From the NCBI GenBank assembly GCA_039809385.1, contig JBDHUY010000006.1, forward strand, positions 43,528 to 107,527: 64,000 nt of DNA, written 5' to 3'. The notes beneath the pieces were generated by a model, which searched no databases, was not told the DNA's origin, and was given only the letters and a program-made list of their open reading frames with translations. Positions 38,035 through 52,700 of this stretch are shown here, in pieces (positions within the stretch are counted from its first letter, which is position 1; every line of letters starts with the position of its first letter). The DNA is from Candidatus Altimarinota bacterium (GTDB lineage: Bacteria; Patescibacteriota; Gracilibacteria; JBDHUY01). The position numbers and the translations under genes were made by a program.

Positions 38035-39426
38035 ATGAAAATCGGCAGTATAACATACTTTTGGGTAAGTGTCTTCCTTCTCGCTGTTCTGGCAAGTCAT
38101 CTAGTGTTACCCTCGATCGCTTTTGCCGCCACAAATCTAACGGTAGGACCCCAAGATATTCGTTTTTCCAAAGCTGAACCGCTGGTGGGAGAAAGTATCC
38201 GTATCTATGCCAAGATCGCTAACCGCGGCAACGACGACCAGCGCGGCATCGTAAAATTTTTTGAAGGAAAAAACAAACAGATCGGCCCCGACCAGCCTTT
38301 TTCGATCCTGCAAAACAACACGGCCGACGTATTTACCGATTATACCAACCTGGCTTACGGCGAAAAAAATATCAGCGTGCGGGTGATTCCCTTCGGCAAG
38401 GCCGGCGAACTGATTACCTCCCAGACAACTTTGTTTGTCGACAGGGACAGCGACCAGGATGGAACTCCAGACCGCAAAGACGACGATGACGACAACGATG
38501 GTGTCATCGATGAAAAAGACGCTTTTCCGTTTGATCCAAAAGAGTCGGCCGACAACGACAAAGATGGGATAGGCGACAATAAAGACAGCGATGACGACAA
38601 CGACGGCCTGCTGGATCAGGAAGAAGAAGCCAAAGGTACCGATCCGAAGCGGTTCGATAGTGACGGAGACGAGCGGGGCGATAAAGACGACATCTTTCCG
38701 CTGGATAAAAACGAATGGGAAGACAGCGATCAGGACGGTATCGGCAATAATAGCGAATCGGACGATGATAACGACGGTGTTCCAGATGAAGAGGACGCTT
38801 TTCCAAGGGATAAAAGCGAATCTCGGGACTTTGACCAGGATCGGATCGGCGACAATCGTGATCTGGATGACGACAACGACGGGCTATCGGACGGTCGGGA
38901 AAAGGACTTGGGTACGAATGCTCTGGACCCCGATACCGACGGCGACGGCACACTGGATGGACAAGATGATTTTCCGCTCGACAGTTCGGAGGATAAAGAT
39001 ACCGATCATGACGGTCTGGGGGATAAGCTCGATCCGAACAACCGGAATAAGGGGCCACTCCTCAAATACCGCGTAGAAACGGATCTAAGTCCGTTTTTAC
39101 CGTACTTTTTTGACGCGGAACAAAGCAGCGATCCTGATGGAGAGATTGCAAAAATAGCATGGAAGATTGACAATCGTGTAATCGAAGAAACCGGTTTTGT
39201 GGATTTTTTTCTCATGCCGGGAAATCATACGCTGGAACTCACCGTAACCGACAATGACGGCGAATACCGGAAAAAAACTTTTATACTGTGGGTCTCTCCG
39301 GTGATCTACATTCTTATTATCCTTATCGGACTAACAATCTGGATAGTACGCAAAGTTTTGAAAAGACGTACGACAAAGCCGTTTACTCGGAAAGAGATCG
39401 AGCAAAAGAACTTAAGAAATAAGTAG
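38035..39426 (+). CDS. Surface protein: CARDB-like Ig, thrombospondin type-3 Ca-binding repeats, PKD, C-terminal TM
   Basis: Signal peptide, repeated D.D.DG..D..D.DDDNDG..D..DAFP.D, FDA..S.DPDG.I....W, then TM and a basic tail. Confidence 0.88.
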   Translation: MKIGSITYFWVSVFLLAVLASHLVLPSIAFAATNLTVGPQDIRFSKAEPLVGESIRIYAKIANRGNDDQRGIVKFFEGKNKQIGPDQPFSILQNNTADVFTDYTNLAYGEKNISVRVIPFGKAGELITSQTTLFVDRDSDQDGTPDRKDDDDDNDGVIDEKDAFPFDPKESADNDKDGIGDNKDSDDDNDGLLDQEEEAKGTDPKRFDSDGDERGDKDDIFPLDKNEWEDSDQDGIGNNSESDDDNDGVPDEEDAFPRDKSESRDFDQDRIGDNRDLDDDNDGLSDGREKDLGTNALDPDTDGDGTLDGQDDFPLDSSEDKDTDHDGLGDKLDPNNRNKGPLLKYRVETDLSPFLPYFFDAEQSSDPDGEIAKIAWKIDNRVIEETGFVDFFLMPGNHTLELTVTDNDGEYRKKTFILWVSPVIYILIILIGLTIWIVRKVLKRRTTKPFTRKEIEQKNLRNK

Positions 39427-39445
39427 TTTGAATTAAGAAATTTAC

Positions 39446-39580
39446 GCAGGACTAGGTCTCTGACCTGGTGCTGTCCTTTTAGAAAACAGATTTATCCTTC
39501 ATCCAAAAAGTACACCACTTACGATCCTACCTGAACGTTTTGTAAAAAGTTATGAATCAGATCAGGAGATCTGATCCTGC
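39446..39580. repeat. Inverted pair of REP-like hairpins (REPIN-like)
   Basis: gcaggactaggtctctgacctggtgctg (+, 39446) and gcaggatcagatctcctgatctgattc (-, ending at 39580). Confidence 0.5.
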
Positions 39581-39681
39581 CAAGAATGAGCAGAAAAGAG
39601 ACAACTAGTTATATGGAGCCATACGAGCAGGCGCAGCAGCGAAACTTTTATTCGGAAAATTACGAATATCAGCATTTAACT

Positions 39682-39954
39682 TTAGTCTGAATCGAACATT
39701 TTCAAAGTTGCCTCTACACGAGCTAACAGCGTATCAAAAACGAGATGCGGGTGTAAGGAACGGTCGGTTATGATAAACTCGGTTAACCAAGGAGACAGAA
39801 ACCACATTAAATGCTGTGGAGGAAGTCTTTCATCGCCCAATTGCTGAAAACGTTCCAAAAAAAGATTCAAAGCCTTTGAGAAATCATTAAAACGAGGCTG
39901 GCGAGAGACTCTTTCAGACGTCTCCTGAGACAAAGTTTGCTGAATTTCAAGCAT
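39682..39954 (-). CDS. Hypothetical protein
   Basis: 90-aa ORF just downstream of the 5S gene. Confidence 0.45.
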   Translation of the reverse strand: MLEIQQTLSQETSERVSRQPRFNDFSKALNLFLERFQQLGDERLPPQHLMWFLSPWLTEFIITDRSLHPHLVFDTLLARVEATLKMFDSD

Positions 39955-40004
39955 ATACAAAAAAGAAAAAGGCTCCAATTTGTTCAGACACAAAAAAAGG
40001 CACT

Positions 40005-40123
40005 GTCCTGGCGGCTACCCACTCTCCCACCCGCAGTGCGAGCAGTACCATAGGCCTTGGAGAGCTTAACTTCTGTGTTCGGGATGGGAACAGGTGTGAC
40101 CTCTCCAGCATAACCACCAAGAC
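40005..40123 (-). rRNA. rrf: 5S rRNA
   Basis: Reverse complement contains cacacctgttcccatcccgaacacagaagttaag and gggagagt; ends approximate; extended flanking stem aaaaggcactgtc/gacagtgcctttt. Confidence 0.95.
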
Positions 40124-40140
40124 AGTGCCTTTTTAGTATT

Positions 40141-40455
40141 TTATCTGTTATTTTTCCATAAGTCCGGACGTGTAGACCACCAGAGCAGAAACTCGTTTCT
40201 GTAGTGATTTACAGCGTTGATTAAATCACCATGCGTATCCAGATGTTTTAGGCCGTAGTGTTCCAGCAAAAATCGAGGATCGACATTAGGATTTTGACCA
40301 AAATGGTAATTCTGAAGAGTTGCTGAAGGCAAATGATCTCTCAATGACCTCAATTCTTCAGGCATTTGAGTCACAAAATCCGGGATGACTTCGCTATTAG
40401 CCGGAGTGTAATCCGGAGGAAGTTGACCCAGAAAAATATTTGTTTTTATTCTCAT
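40141..40455 (-). CDS. Hypothetical protein in the 23S-5S spacer
   Basis: 104-aa ORF that fills most of the spacer, on the same strand as the rRNAs. Confidence 0.55.
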   Translation of the reverse strand: MRIKTNIFLGQLPPDYTPANSEVIPDFVTQMPEELRSLRDHLPSATLQNYHFGQNPNVDPRFLLEHYGLKHLDTHGDLINAVNHYRNEFLLWWSTRPDLWKNNR

Positions 40456-40571
40456 ACATGCAGATTCATGAATCCCAAATACTGCTTGGGATTTTTGCTA
40501 AGTTATGGACCAGGACGTATTTTTCGTCCTTCTTGCCATAAACTACTAGTCAAATTTGAGCAGAAAGAAAA

Positions 40572-43790
<3,219 letters not shown>

Positions 43791-44574
43791 ATATTTCTTT
43801 CCACTCGTATTGACTAGTAGTCCATAGCAAGAAGCTAGGAACTACCATTTTTTATTTTATCTGTTTTGTATGAATGAACGATAATCAAACGATCGTCTGA
43901 TTATCGGTATAGTTGACGATCAACTAATTGTGACAGATACGTTTGTGTCGTATCAAAAATATCTGTCCCGATATGTCAAAGGTCAAAAAAGGGTGTGAAT
44001 CCTCACACCCTCAAGACCAAAACAATATACTTGGTTTTACGCAAGTGGGTGTTTACGTCTCAAGGTTGTGGGGAAAAAACTTCATTCAAACTTTGTTCAA
44101 AACTTGCTCTCTCAAAACAAGGAGCGTGGTTATTGTTGCAAAATAGAAAAACAAAGTCAAATCATTTTTTTAAAATTTTTTAGCAATTCGTCAAATTACT
44201 AGCCGAATCGGCTACAATTAAGGATTTAACTTTCGTGAAAATTTAAAAAACCGATCACCCGGAAAGAAATTTTTATTACAATTATACAAAACTCAGCGAT
44301 ACAATCAGAGAACAACCAACACAAATCTTTAGAAAGGGGCCGAAAACTTTGCTCCTCAAAAAAACGAATTCTCTGCGCAATACTGTTGGAAGAAAAGGCG
44401 TTCCTCAATCGTTTTACACGAACAACATAAAACCACATCCCAGCATCGGGAAGAATAGACAAGTATTATATACATGCCATCCACCGGCTTTATAGAATGT
44501 CTCCGCTCGGCCGCCAAATATTTCACAGGATACAGCTTCGATAGCAAAAGGCAACGATCTGGTTTTCCGGATAC

Positions 44575-44608
44575 AAAAAAACCACCCGGATTAGGGGTGG
44601 TCTTTTTT
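44575..44608 (-). terminator. Terminator downstream of the S-layer gene
   Basis: A-tract, accaccc-ggattag-gggtggt, T-tract (bidirectional). Confidence 0.7.
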
Positions 44609-44624
44609 GAGAAACAAAACCTCA

Positions 44625-44654
44625 AGCGGGGATACAAGATCTTGTATCCCCGCT
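44625..44654. repeat. REP-like 30-bp perfect palindrome
   Basis: agcggggatacaaga|tcttgtatccccgct; covaries with the 1923..1952 palindrome. Confidence 0.7.
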
Positions 44655-44672
44655 ATTTTCTATGACAACAAA

Positions 44673-47600
44673 CTAGTTGCTGACAGAGAGGTTGACGAAG
44701 CTGAGAGGCAGCTCATCGAAGAATTGACCGGACATATGGTCAAATGCGGCGATGGTACCACCCGGCTCTGAGTTGTCACTCCAGATGATGAAACATCCAT
44801 CAGCCTGTCGTGCAGCCAGAGATTCGGCTTCAAAGTTACAGCCAGCTTCTTCGGCAACGCGAGTCGAAACGGAGTGCGTACCGAAACCATAGATTCCGGA
44901 AGCAAAGTTCACGTCTCCCTTCACCACAAAGGTTCGGGAAGAGCCGCGATCAACCGTCTCTCCGCTCGAAGGATTGCTGTCGTCCAGATCGATTGTGATC
45001 TGGCAGAGTTCTCCATCGGTCGGATTAGCATCAGAATTATCATCACACATTGCCACAACACTGTTGAGCTGATCGTTGTTCGGATCGCGAACAGTAATAT
45101 TGGATACACCCGCAGCCACAACACTCATGTCGAAGGTAACCCGGTTAAGGTCAAAATCGTTATGAGCATCCGAAGCGACTACAAAAGTGTACAGTGTTTG
45201 CTCAGATCCTTGTACCAGGGTCGTAGAACCAGGAGTTACATTGGCAAATGTGCCTTTGGTATCGGTAATGACAAAGTCATCGGAGAAACCGCTAACAGCG
45301 AGTTCGCCGGCTCCCAATTCCTGTCCCAGACTATCGGAAATGGCGTACACACCATCGGTAGCGGCAGGATCAAACAGACCCGGATCGGTCGGATCAAAAC
45401 CTGTGCCCTGACCGACGATCTCGGGGATCGTAGCCAGTGTCAGAACCTTACCGGTATCGATAGCCTGTGTAATGTCGTTGGTGATAGCCTTGACCGTTAC
45501 CTTGACACTTTGATCTTTGTTGATCTTCAGTGTGCTGGTCGATCCGAGGTTGAATTTCACCAGACCGTTCACCGCAGCGGCAGTCGTACTGCCACCCGGA
45601 TAACTCAATTCGTACAGGGAAACCCGACCGTCGGTATCATTGACCGTATTAAAGCTGCTGTCTACAGTTCCGAGAGAGAACTCACGAACCTGAACAGCAT
45701 CGTTTTTGGCAGTCATCTTCAAGACGAATACGCCCGTACCGCTGGACTCGGCTACGATAAAGCCTGAATCCGGAGTACTGTCATCGCGTACGACGGTCAG
45801 AGTACCGGTATTCTGGACCTGGAAGTAGGCCGTATTTGCCAGAGGCAGAGTAGGATTGAAGGTAGCACCGTTGCTGTTATCGTCTTCAATATCCAGATTG
45901 TTCAGCTGGAATCCGACAACGTTTCCGCCCGGAGCACCGGTAGAAATGTCGCAGCGCAATTCCATCTGTTTATCCGTATTTCGAGCCAAGGGGACATTGA
46001 GACCGTTGAAGGTCATCGTAGCGTTACCGGCAGCACCGTTCGGAACTTCGGCATCGCCCACCTGAGAACCTCCGATATAGAGGTAACAAGCCGGGATGAA
46101 GGAAGTGTCCAGATCGGTTCCGGCAGCGTCGAAGGTCTTGATGACCGCTTCGCGGATCGTCAGATCGGCAGCGTCGTTGGCGCGGATATTCCATTTGGCA
46201 AAGGTCTCCATCTGGACACCCGGTACGACATCTTCAGGACTGGTGAAACCGTCGTTGCGGCTTACCGTTACGAGAGAATTCTGAATAGTAACGACGTTAC
46301 CCGTAGCCTGTCCGACTGTATCGGTCGGAAGTACGTTTTCATCATTAGTATATTCAGCAGACTGTCCAGAGAGAAAGTCATGATCTCCAGCATCCTGAGC
46401 GCGGACAACAGCAGAGAATCTGTTTCCGGTTGTAGCAGCGTTGTCAATATCGGCAACGATCTTGATCTTGGTATCCTGAGTAACCGTGTAGGAAGAATCG
46501 AATGTCAAGATGTAATCGTTTGCTACCGTTCCTTGACATGGATTCGTGGTACCGCTGGCAACAAAATCGGTAGCCGTACCGGAGATACTGTCAATCAGAG
46601 AATCGCCGATATACAATTTGATATCGGACAGCTGATTGGCAACACCAGCAGGGGTGTTCTGATTGGAACAAACGTGTAAGTTCAAACCGTCGGCGCTGAA
46701 AGGCTGGCCGACATTGAGTTTGGCAACCAAGAGGGTGACCTCGTCGCTATCCAGTGCGACGGACTGTGTCGGAGGCGTCGAAGGATCGCGGGAAACCGTA
46801 ATCGTACCTCCTTCAATAGTATAGGTAGGCAGGAAGTCGGTAGCACCGTCGGACCAGTTTCCGGTAGCGCCGAAACCAGTACTGGTTTCAAACGCTCGCA
46901 GGTCTTCAAGGTAGCGGACGCGGAACTGGATCGTGTCGTTATTGTCGCCATCGACGATATCGGCACGGATAGTATAGGTCCTGGTCTTACCGTCATCAAT
47001 CAAAGAGTTGATATTGTCGAAGATCAGATAATCTCCGGCAATCTGTACGGTAACAGGCAGTTTCTTGCCAGCCTCGTACAAACCGACATTGGCCAAAGCT
47101 ACTTCAAGATCGGCACTGCCTTCGTTCTTGAAAGCAACATACTTGAAGTTGACCGTCTTATTGTCGGAAAGATTTTCCAGATCGAAACGACCGAGCTCGA
47201 CATCGGTATCGCCGATATCATAGTTGGTATCGTTCCCCTGAGGATCGTAATCCAGGCGAGTTACGAGGTAGCCGGAAGTCTGCATGGTAGCTCCGGTCAA
47301 AGGAAAAGTCCCGGTAACCTGAGCAGCTGTAGAAGCTACATCGTTAGCACTCTGAAGAGAGATAGCGTTATACTTGCCGGAAATCGGATTTCCGAAAGCA
47401 TCCAGAGCATCCATCTGAGCCATGACAACCAGATCGATCGAGCTGCCGGCTTTGACAACCAAAGCAGGGCTGAAGATCAGATTGATACGGTCATCAGTAG
47501 TAGGACTCTGGCGATTGGAAACGCGAACCCCGTTATACTCGACCCAAACCTTATCCAGATCATCAGCGTCACCCTGCCCGACACGCATAAGCGTCAAACC

Positions 47601-48521
47601 GGAGAGCTGAATATCATTGGAAGCGCCGGCAGTCACACGATAGACAACATAGGTTGCCGAAGTGGTATTTGCAGGGACGATCTGAGCATTCGGAGTATTC
47701 GGAGAGAGCTGAATATCCAGAGTACCAGCCTTGGGGATATTGCTCGAGCTGTTGCTGTTACCATTTTTATTGGTATTAACATTGGCAGCGTTGCTGTTAC
47801 CGTTAGTAACAGGAGCATTGCTGTTGCCATTGCCGGCTACGCGATCTTTCGGACTGAGCGCATTCAGAGTGATTTTGGCCATCTGACCGCGTGTCAGTTT
47901 CTGATCGGGACCGAAGGTCGTAGCAGTCAGACCATCAAGAACGCTCTTGTTATAAGAGGTAGTGATGAAATCTTTGGCCCAATGGGAAAGAATATCGGTA
48001 AACGGAGCAGCCGGAGAGATCTTATTTGGAATACCGGCGCAGTTTACAGCGATCTTGGTAAATTCCGCGCGGGTGACAGGATTACCAGGACCAAATTGTC
48101 CGGTAGGAGTACCGGAAGAGGTCTTGTATCCGCTCATCAAACCGGCTTTGGTAACAGTGTAGATATAATCACTGGCCCATGATGCACCGGTTCCCCGAGC
48201 TACGTCAGTGAAGATAACCGGAGGATTGGTAGCATCGAGATCGGAGAGAATACCGACACGCTTGGCCATCTGATAACAGATCTTGGCGGCCTGATCGCGT
48301 GTGACATTATCCTCCGGAAAATATCGATTGCCCTTTTCAGATTTAGGGCCATCGACAAAACCCAGTTTGACCAGTTCATTGATATGATCGTGGGCAAAGT
48401 AGGTAGTAGGAACATCAACAAAGGTGTCGTTGGCCCGGGCGAGCGGAACCGTCAGGACGACTCCCAAGCTGATCATGGCAGTACTAAGAGCTGCCATTAG
48501 CTTTTTAAACCCAATATTCAT
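44673..48521 (-). CDS. S-layer protein with three N-terminal SLH domains
   Basis: Signal peptide; F.DV..., F.PED.VTRDQAAKI, GLMSGY...FGP.NPVTRAEF.KI, FTDI..HWA...FGPD..LTRGQMAKI; then a long acidic Thr/Asn/Val-rich beta region. Confidence 0.88.
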   Translation of the reverse strand: MNIGFKKLMAALSTAMISLGVVLTVPLARANDTFVDVPTTYFAHDHINELVKLGFVDGPKSEKGNRYFPEDNVTRDQAAKICYQMAKRVGILSDLDATNPPVIFTDVARGTGASWASDYIYTVTKAGLMSGYKTSSGTPTGQFGPGNPVTRAEFTKIAVNCAGIPNKISPAAPFTDILSHWAKDFITTSYNKSVLDGLTATTFGPDQKLTRGQMAKITLNALSPKDRVAGNGNSNAPVTNGNSNAANVNTNKNGNSNSSSNIPKAGTLDIQLSPNTPNAQIVPANTTSATYVVYRVTAGASNDIQLSGLTLMRVGQGDADDLDKVWVEYNGVRVSNRQSPTTDDRINLIFSPALVVKAGSSIDLVVMAQMDALDAFGNPISGKYNAISLQSANDVASTAAQVTGTFPLTGATMQTSGYLVTRLDYDPQGNDTNYDIGDTDVELGRFDLENLSDNKTVNFKYVAFKNEGSADLEVALANVGLYEAGKKLPVTVQIAGDYLIFDNINSLIDDGKTRTYTIRADIVDGDNNDTIQFRVRYLEDLRAFETSTGFGATGNWSDGATDFLPTYTIEGGTITVSRDPSTPPTQSVALDSDEVTLLVAKLNVGQPFSADGLNLHVCSNQNTPAGVANQLSDIKLYIGDSLIDSISGTATDFVASGTTNPCQGTVANDYILTFDSSYTVTQDTKIKIVADIDNAATTGNRFSAVVRAQDAGDHDFLSGQSAEYTNDENVLPTDTVGQATGNVVTIQNSLVTVSRNDGFTSPEDVVPGVQMETFAKWNIRANDAADLTIREAVIKTFDAAGTDLDTSFIPACYLYIGGSQVGDAEVPNGAAGNATMTFNGLNVPLARNTDKQMELRCDISTGAPGGNVVGFQLNNLDIEDDNSNGATFNPTLPLANTAYFQVQNTGTLTVVRDDSTPDSGFIVAESSGTGVFVLKMTAKNDAVQVREFSLGTVDSSFNTVNDTDGRVSLYELSYPGGSTTAAAVNGLVKFNLGSTSTLKINKDQSVKVTVKAITNDITQAIDTGKVLTLATIPEIVGQGTGFDPTDPGLFDPAATDGVYAISDSLGQELGAGELAVSGFSDDFVITDTKGTFANVTPGSTTLVQGSEQTLYTFVVASDAHNDFDLNRVTFDMSVVAAGVSNITVRDPNNDQLNSVVAMCDDNSDANPTDGELCQITIDLDDSNPSSGETVDRGSSRTFVVKGDVNFASGIYGFGTHSVSTRVAEEAGCNFEAESLAARQADGCFIIWSDNSEPGGTIAAFDHMSGQFFDELPLSFVNLSVSN

Positions 48522-49480
48522 AGTAGAAACATGTTGGGTTAGAGAAATAAAACACCCAAGAAACACCACCTCGTGCTTTCAACGCGTAAAAACGTCGTCA
48601 AAAATGAGAAGGGGCGGGTGAGAGGTTGAAAGAAACGGAAAGATAAGGTTGGTATGATGGGGACACTCTTACATTATTATATGAAAACAATACGCAAGAG
48701 GAATTTCTGGGAGAAATTCTTCTCCCTGTTCCAGCCTTGTAAAAATCACGCGTTTCCTTCGAAAAACAGAAAACTTTCTTTTTGCGGAAATAGCCTTTTC
48801 TTTTCCCCAATTTTCAAAGATCGCTTCTTTTCGGCTTCGAAAATCAATAGAATTCGCAATCTACTGCACAAAAATCTTGTGCACAACTACACGGAGCCGA
48901 TTGTAGCAAATGGGTTTTTCTCTGTCAATAAAAACAAAAACCTTGTTTTCACGTCAGAAAGAGATTGCCCTACCAAATGGTGTTTGCCACCATCAAACCA
49001 TGCAAGATTGCGCTTTTTCCGTGACTCACATGTACAAACGAACCAAAAAGGACTTTGTTTCAAAAAAAATAATTGAAGTATTTTAATATTATTCTTTAAT
49101 AACACTTCTCCGATCCTTGTGGAGAAATAATCATCTAATGAAACCTAGGCCATAATGTGAGATACGTTTATCATATTCCCTCCTTACCGGTCTGCGTTCT
49201 TGCCAAGAAAGCGGTATCAATACGAGACATAGGTCCCTCGCAACGCCAAACGTGCTATTTGTTCGTTTTCTACGCAAAAAGAGCCCCTTACGTTCAAAGT
49301 GTACGCATACCGAAAACCCTTTTTCGTAATGAAAGAACCGACGATCAAGCATGCAGAGCCACCCCTCTGCGAATCTCACACAGTGCCAGATGGAGTGATA
49401 TCCCCGAGGCTACTTCGATTTCTTTGGATGAAAGCATTTTCCCCTTTGTCACATTTCCTATTAAAAAGAGTGGCAAGTAG

Positions 49481-49509
49481 TTGCAGAAATTCGCTAAAAA
49501 GCTTATAAT
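49481..49509 (+). promoter_or_regulatory. Sigma70 promoter of the surface-protein operon
   Basis: TTGCAG-17-TATAAT, about 250 nt upstream of the 49761 start. Confidence 0.6.
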
Positions 49510-49585
49510 GCTATGAACCTTGCTAAAAATATAACTTTTCACAAAACAAAAATATGGCTTTGGAAAAACAAAAGTCGTCCGCCGC

Positions 49586-49728
49586 GGCAGATAAAACCAA
49601 AATGACCGCGAAGAGAACACGGGCAATGACCAAGAATTTTTTCGTCGTTCGCCCGATCGGTCTAGCTGAAGGAGCTGCCCCAACCAACCTTACTAAACGT
49701 GCTTAATCTTTTCGTTAAGCATTTTTTT
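49586..49728 (+). ncRNA. Candidate structured 5' leader / attenuator
   Basis: Nested stems ggcag/ctgcc, gaccg/cggtc and gggc..gac/gtc..gccc, then tgcttaa-N8-ttaagca plus a T run. Confidence 0.35.
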
Positions 49729-49760
49729 ACACACTTATTTACTTTTATTTACTACCAAGT

Positions 49761-52700
49761 ATGGAAAACAAGAAACCGACGGCAGCGGATATGAAGAGAA
49801 ACTGGATTCTGTTCGGACTGATTCTGGGAGTTGCCGCACTGGCCGTGGCAGCCTATGTTATGAATCAAAACGCCCGGCAGTACAAGGGAGCCTCAATTGA
49901 TCCAAACGACATCAACCCCAGCCAAAACTTTACACAAATTGATGGTATCGGCGATACCGGAGGTCTGGGAATTAGTAATGGCTGCCCAAATAGTACGCCC
50001 TTTCTCTGTTCAGATGGGAGTTGTGCTTCAACCATCACTCAATGTGACCAGCTGTCTCAATGTACGACAAACTGTAATGCGGTACCGTCTTCTTTTGCTA
50101 CATCCTGTATCCAGCAAGGCGGAAGTTATTCCTGTGATAGCTGTGGATATGGCTGTGAAGGACTGCCTTCCTCAAGTTCGAGCAGTTCATCCGGTAGTTC
50201 CAGTGGGGGGTTTCAGATCTGTTATGTACAAAGCTGTAATACTTTGGGACAATGTGTAGGAAGAACTCAGAAAGTTGGAATCGGCGATCCTTGTCCAGTA
50301 AGTCAATGCTCCTCGGACGCGGTTTGCGGAATTTTGACCGATCCGTGCGGTGACGGAATTTGCTCGCTCGGTGAAAGTCCCATCAGTTGCCCGTCAGATT
50401 GTAGTGGCGGGACCAGCAGCGGCGGCACGACCGCATTGTCAATCACCAATCTGAATCCAATTACGAGTCCGGTGGGTACAGCCACGACCGTTACCATCAC
50501 TGGAACCGGCTTCAATTCCACGACGAACACCGTCCGTTTTACTGGAACGAATTTCAATGCCGATATACCAGCAACAGTCCTATCAGGCGGTACTGGTGGA
50601 CAATGCGGAAACAGAATTTGTGAGACCGGTGAGACCAGTCTGAATTGTCCTTCGGATTGTCCTATAAATGCGGCGCAGTATAAATGCTCGTCCAGATTTA
50701 TTCACGGCCAACCGATCGAATTTTGCCGACAATGTACTACCGGAGAAACTGGTTGTACGAGTCAAGAAGAATGTTCACTCAGTTGCGGAACCGGACTTCT
50801 CAACTATAAAGATCAAAAAGATAGCTCTTTTGCCGAGGCCCTTGGGATACCTCGAGCCGAGGCTCTGTCTGGAATCCCACTTCAATGTGGTGACGGAGAT
50901 ACAACGATATGTCAAAGCTGTTCCCAAATGGGAGGAGTCGGTTGTTTGCCAAATTGCGGAGGATCGGCCGATACCGGCAGCACTTGCTATGAATGCGCTA
51001 ATCCATTAGACGTTTACTGTAAACCCAAAACGATTATCATTCGTCCGTTGGTCTGTGATCCGGCCTGTTCTGCGGGAGAATCCTGCATCGACGGTATATG
51101 TATTTCTTCCGGCGGAGGTACCAGCGGCGGAGGTACAGGTACCGCGACGCAGCTTCAATTTGTAGTCCCGGACACTGCACCAGTCGGAAGTTATTCTGTT
51201 CGGGTCTATACCGGAGCACCGAATCCGAGGGCACTCGTGCTGAGCAATAGTCTTCCTTATACGATAACTCCGGTTTGCGGCAACAATATGTGCGAAGCCG
51301 GAGAAACGACTACGAGCTGCCCGGCCGACTGCGGAAATACGAATGTTAATTCCGGCAACGGAAATGGTAATGGCAATCCGAATTCCAACAACGGTAACAA
51401 CAATGGAGGATTGATGTGCGATCCCAATAGCATCCAGGCTTTTGGAACCCCCAGCACCGGTCCGGCTCCTCTGAACGTTCAATTCGGTACAACTCCCAGC
51501 AGCACCCAATGCAGCAACAGTTATACTTGCAGTTGGTTCTACGACGACGGTCCGCAGCAGGACGTTTTAACCGGTTGTACGCCGACACATACGTATAGCA
51601 GTGCGGGTACCTACCATCCCACCGTCACTATTACGAATAACAAAGGAGTAACAAGTACAAAGACCATTACGGTTACGGTTACACAGGGGGCGGCACAATG
51701 CGAGCTACCGGGTGACGTCAATGCCGACAAGAAAGTCGATATTTCTGATCTGGCCAAAATGGCCGACTACCTGAGTTTGGCTATTCCTCTGGACGAGCCA
51801 TTAAGACTTTGCGGCAATGTGGCTCAACCTTGTAATAATGTGCTGGACATTTCGGATCTCTCGACACTGGCCGACTACCTGAGTCTGGCAATTCCGACAC
51901 TGCAAGTCTGTAGCAGCAGCGGCAGCATGAATAACAATACCAATAGTTCTACAGCGACGGTAACACTGTCCTCATTATCGCCAACCAGCGGTCCGGTTGG
52001 AACACTGGTAACGATAACCGGTGCGGGATTTACATTGAGCGGGAATGAAGTGTTCTTTGGAAACGGATATATCCCGAACGTTGCTTCCACGAACAACGGC
52101 ACGACGCTCCAGTTCAGGGTTCCGGGCACGCTGGTCCCCAAATGTACCCTACTCCCTACGACAAGTTGTCTCCTGCCTGTCCGGATTACTGTGGAAGGAG
52201 CATACGACATTACTGTTGTAAATGGTCAGGGCGTACAGGGCCAAAAGAGTCTTAGTTTTACCGTAACCTCAGGCACTACAAGCGATACAGGATATAAGTG
52301 TGTCGGGACAACCAATAGTATTCCCCCAAGCTACATCTGCCAAGCCTGTACTATCGGCGAGACCGGCTGCAGTGATCTCAACAGCTGCCAGACAAGCTGC
52401 GGAGCATCAGGTAGTCAATTCAGCAGCGACACCTCGGCTGTCTATTTTCTAACGCAAGAAGCTACTCAGACATATAAAAACGATCTGGATACGCTACCTC
52501 TCTCTGCGGAGTTACAAACTTTGATAACAAACAGCGGTCTCAGTCTGCAGAATTTGAAAGACATCGCCGCGGGAGCCCCTTACGCGCGAGTAATAACCTA
52601 CACTTTGACGATTCCAACGGTCAATATAAAAACACCGGTTGTCTTATTCTATCAGAAAGACAAAAGCGGTACGCTGCGTAGCAACGGAGAACCGGTTACT

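Noticed and set aside
38440-39040. Repeat array in the Asp-rich gene
   Set aside because: Degenerate protein-level TSP3 repeats, not a DNA element.
44226-44637. Small ORFs between the 23S leader and the S-layer terminator
   Set aside because: Overlapping short frames that cross terminator hairpins, with no coding signature.
47344-47370. CIRCE element (ttagcactc)
   Set aside because: Only one half-site, and it lies inside the S-layer coding sequence.
49147-49728. tmRNA, RNase P, SRP RNA or tRNA in the large intergenic region
   Set aside because: Diagnostic motifs were not found by eye; the region is kept only as unknown structured candidates.
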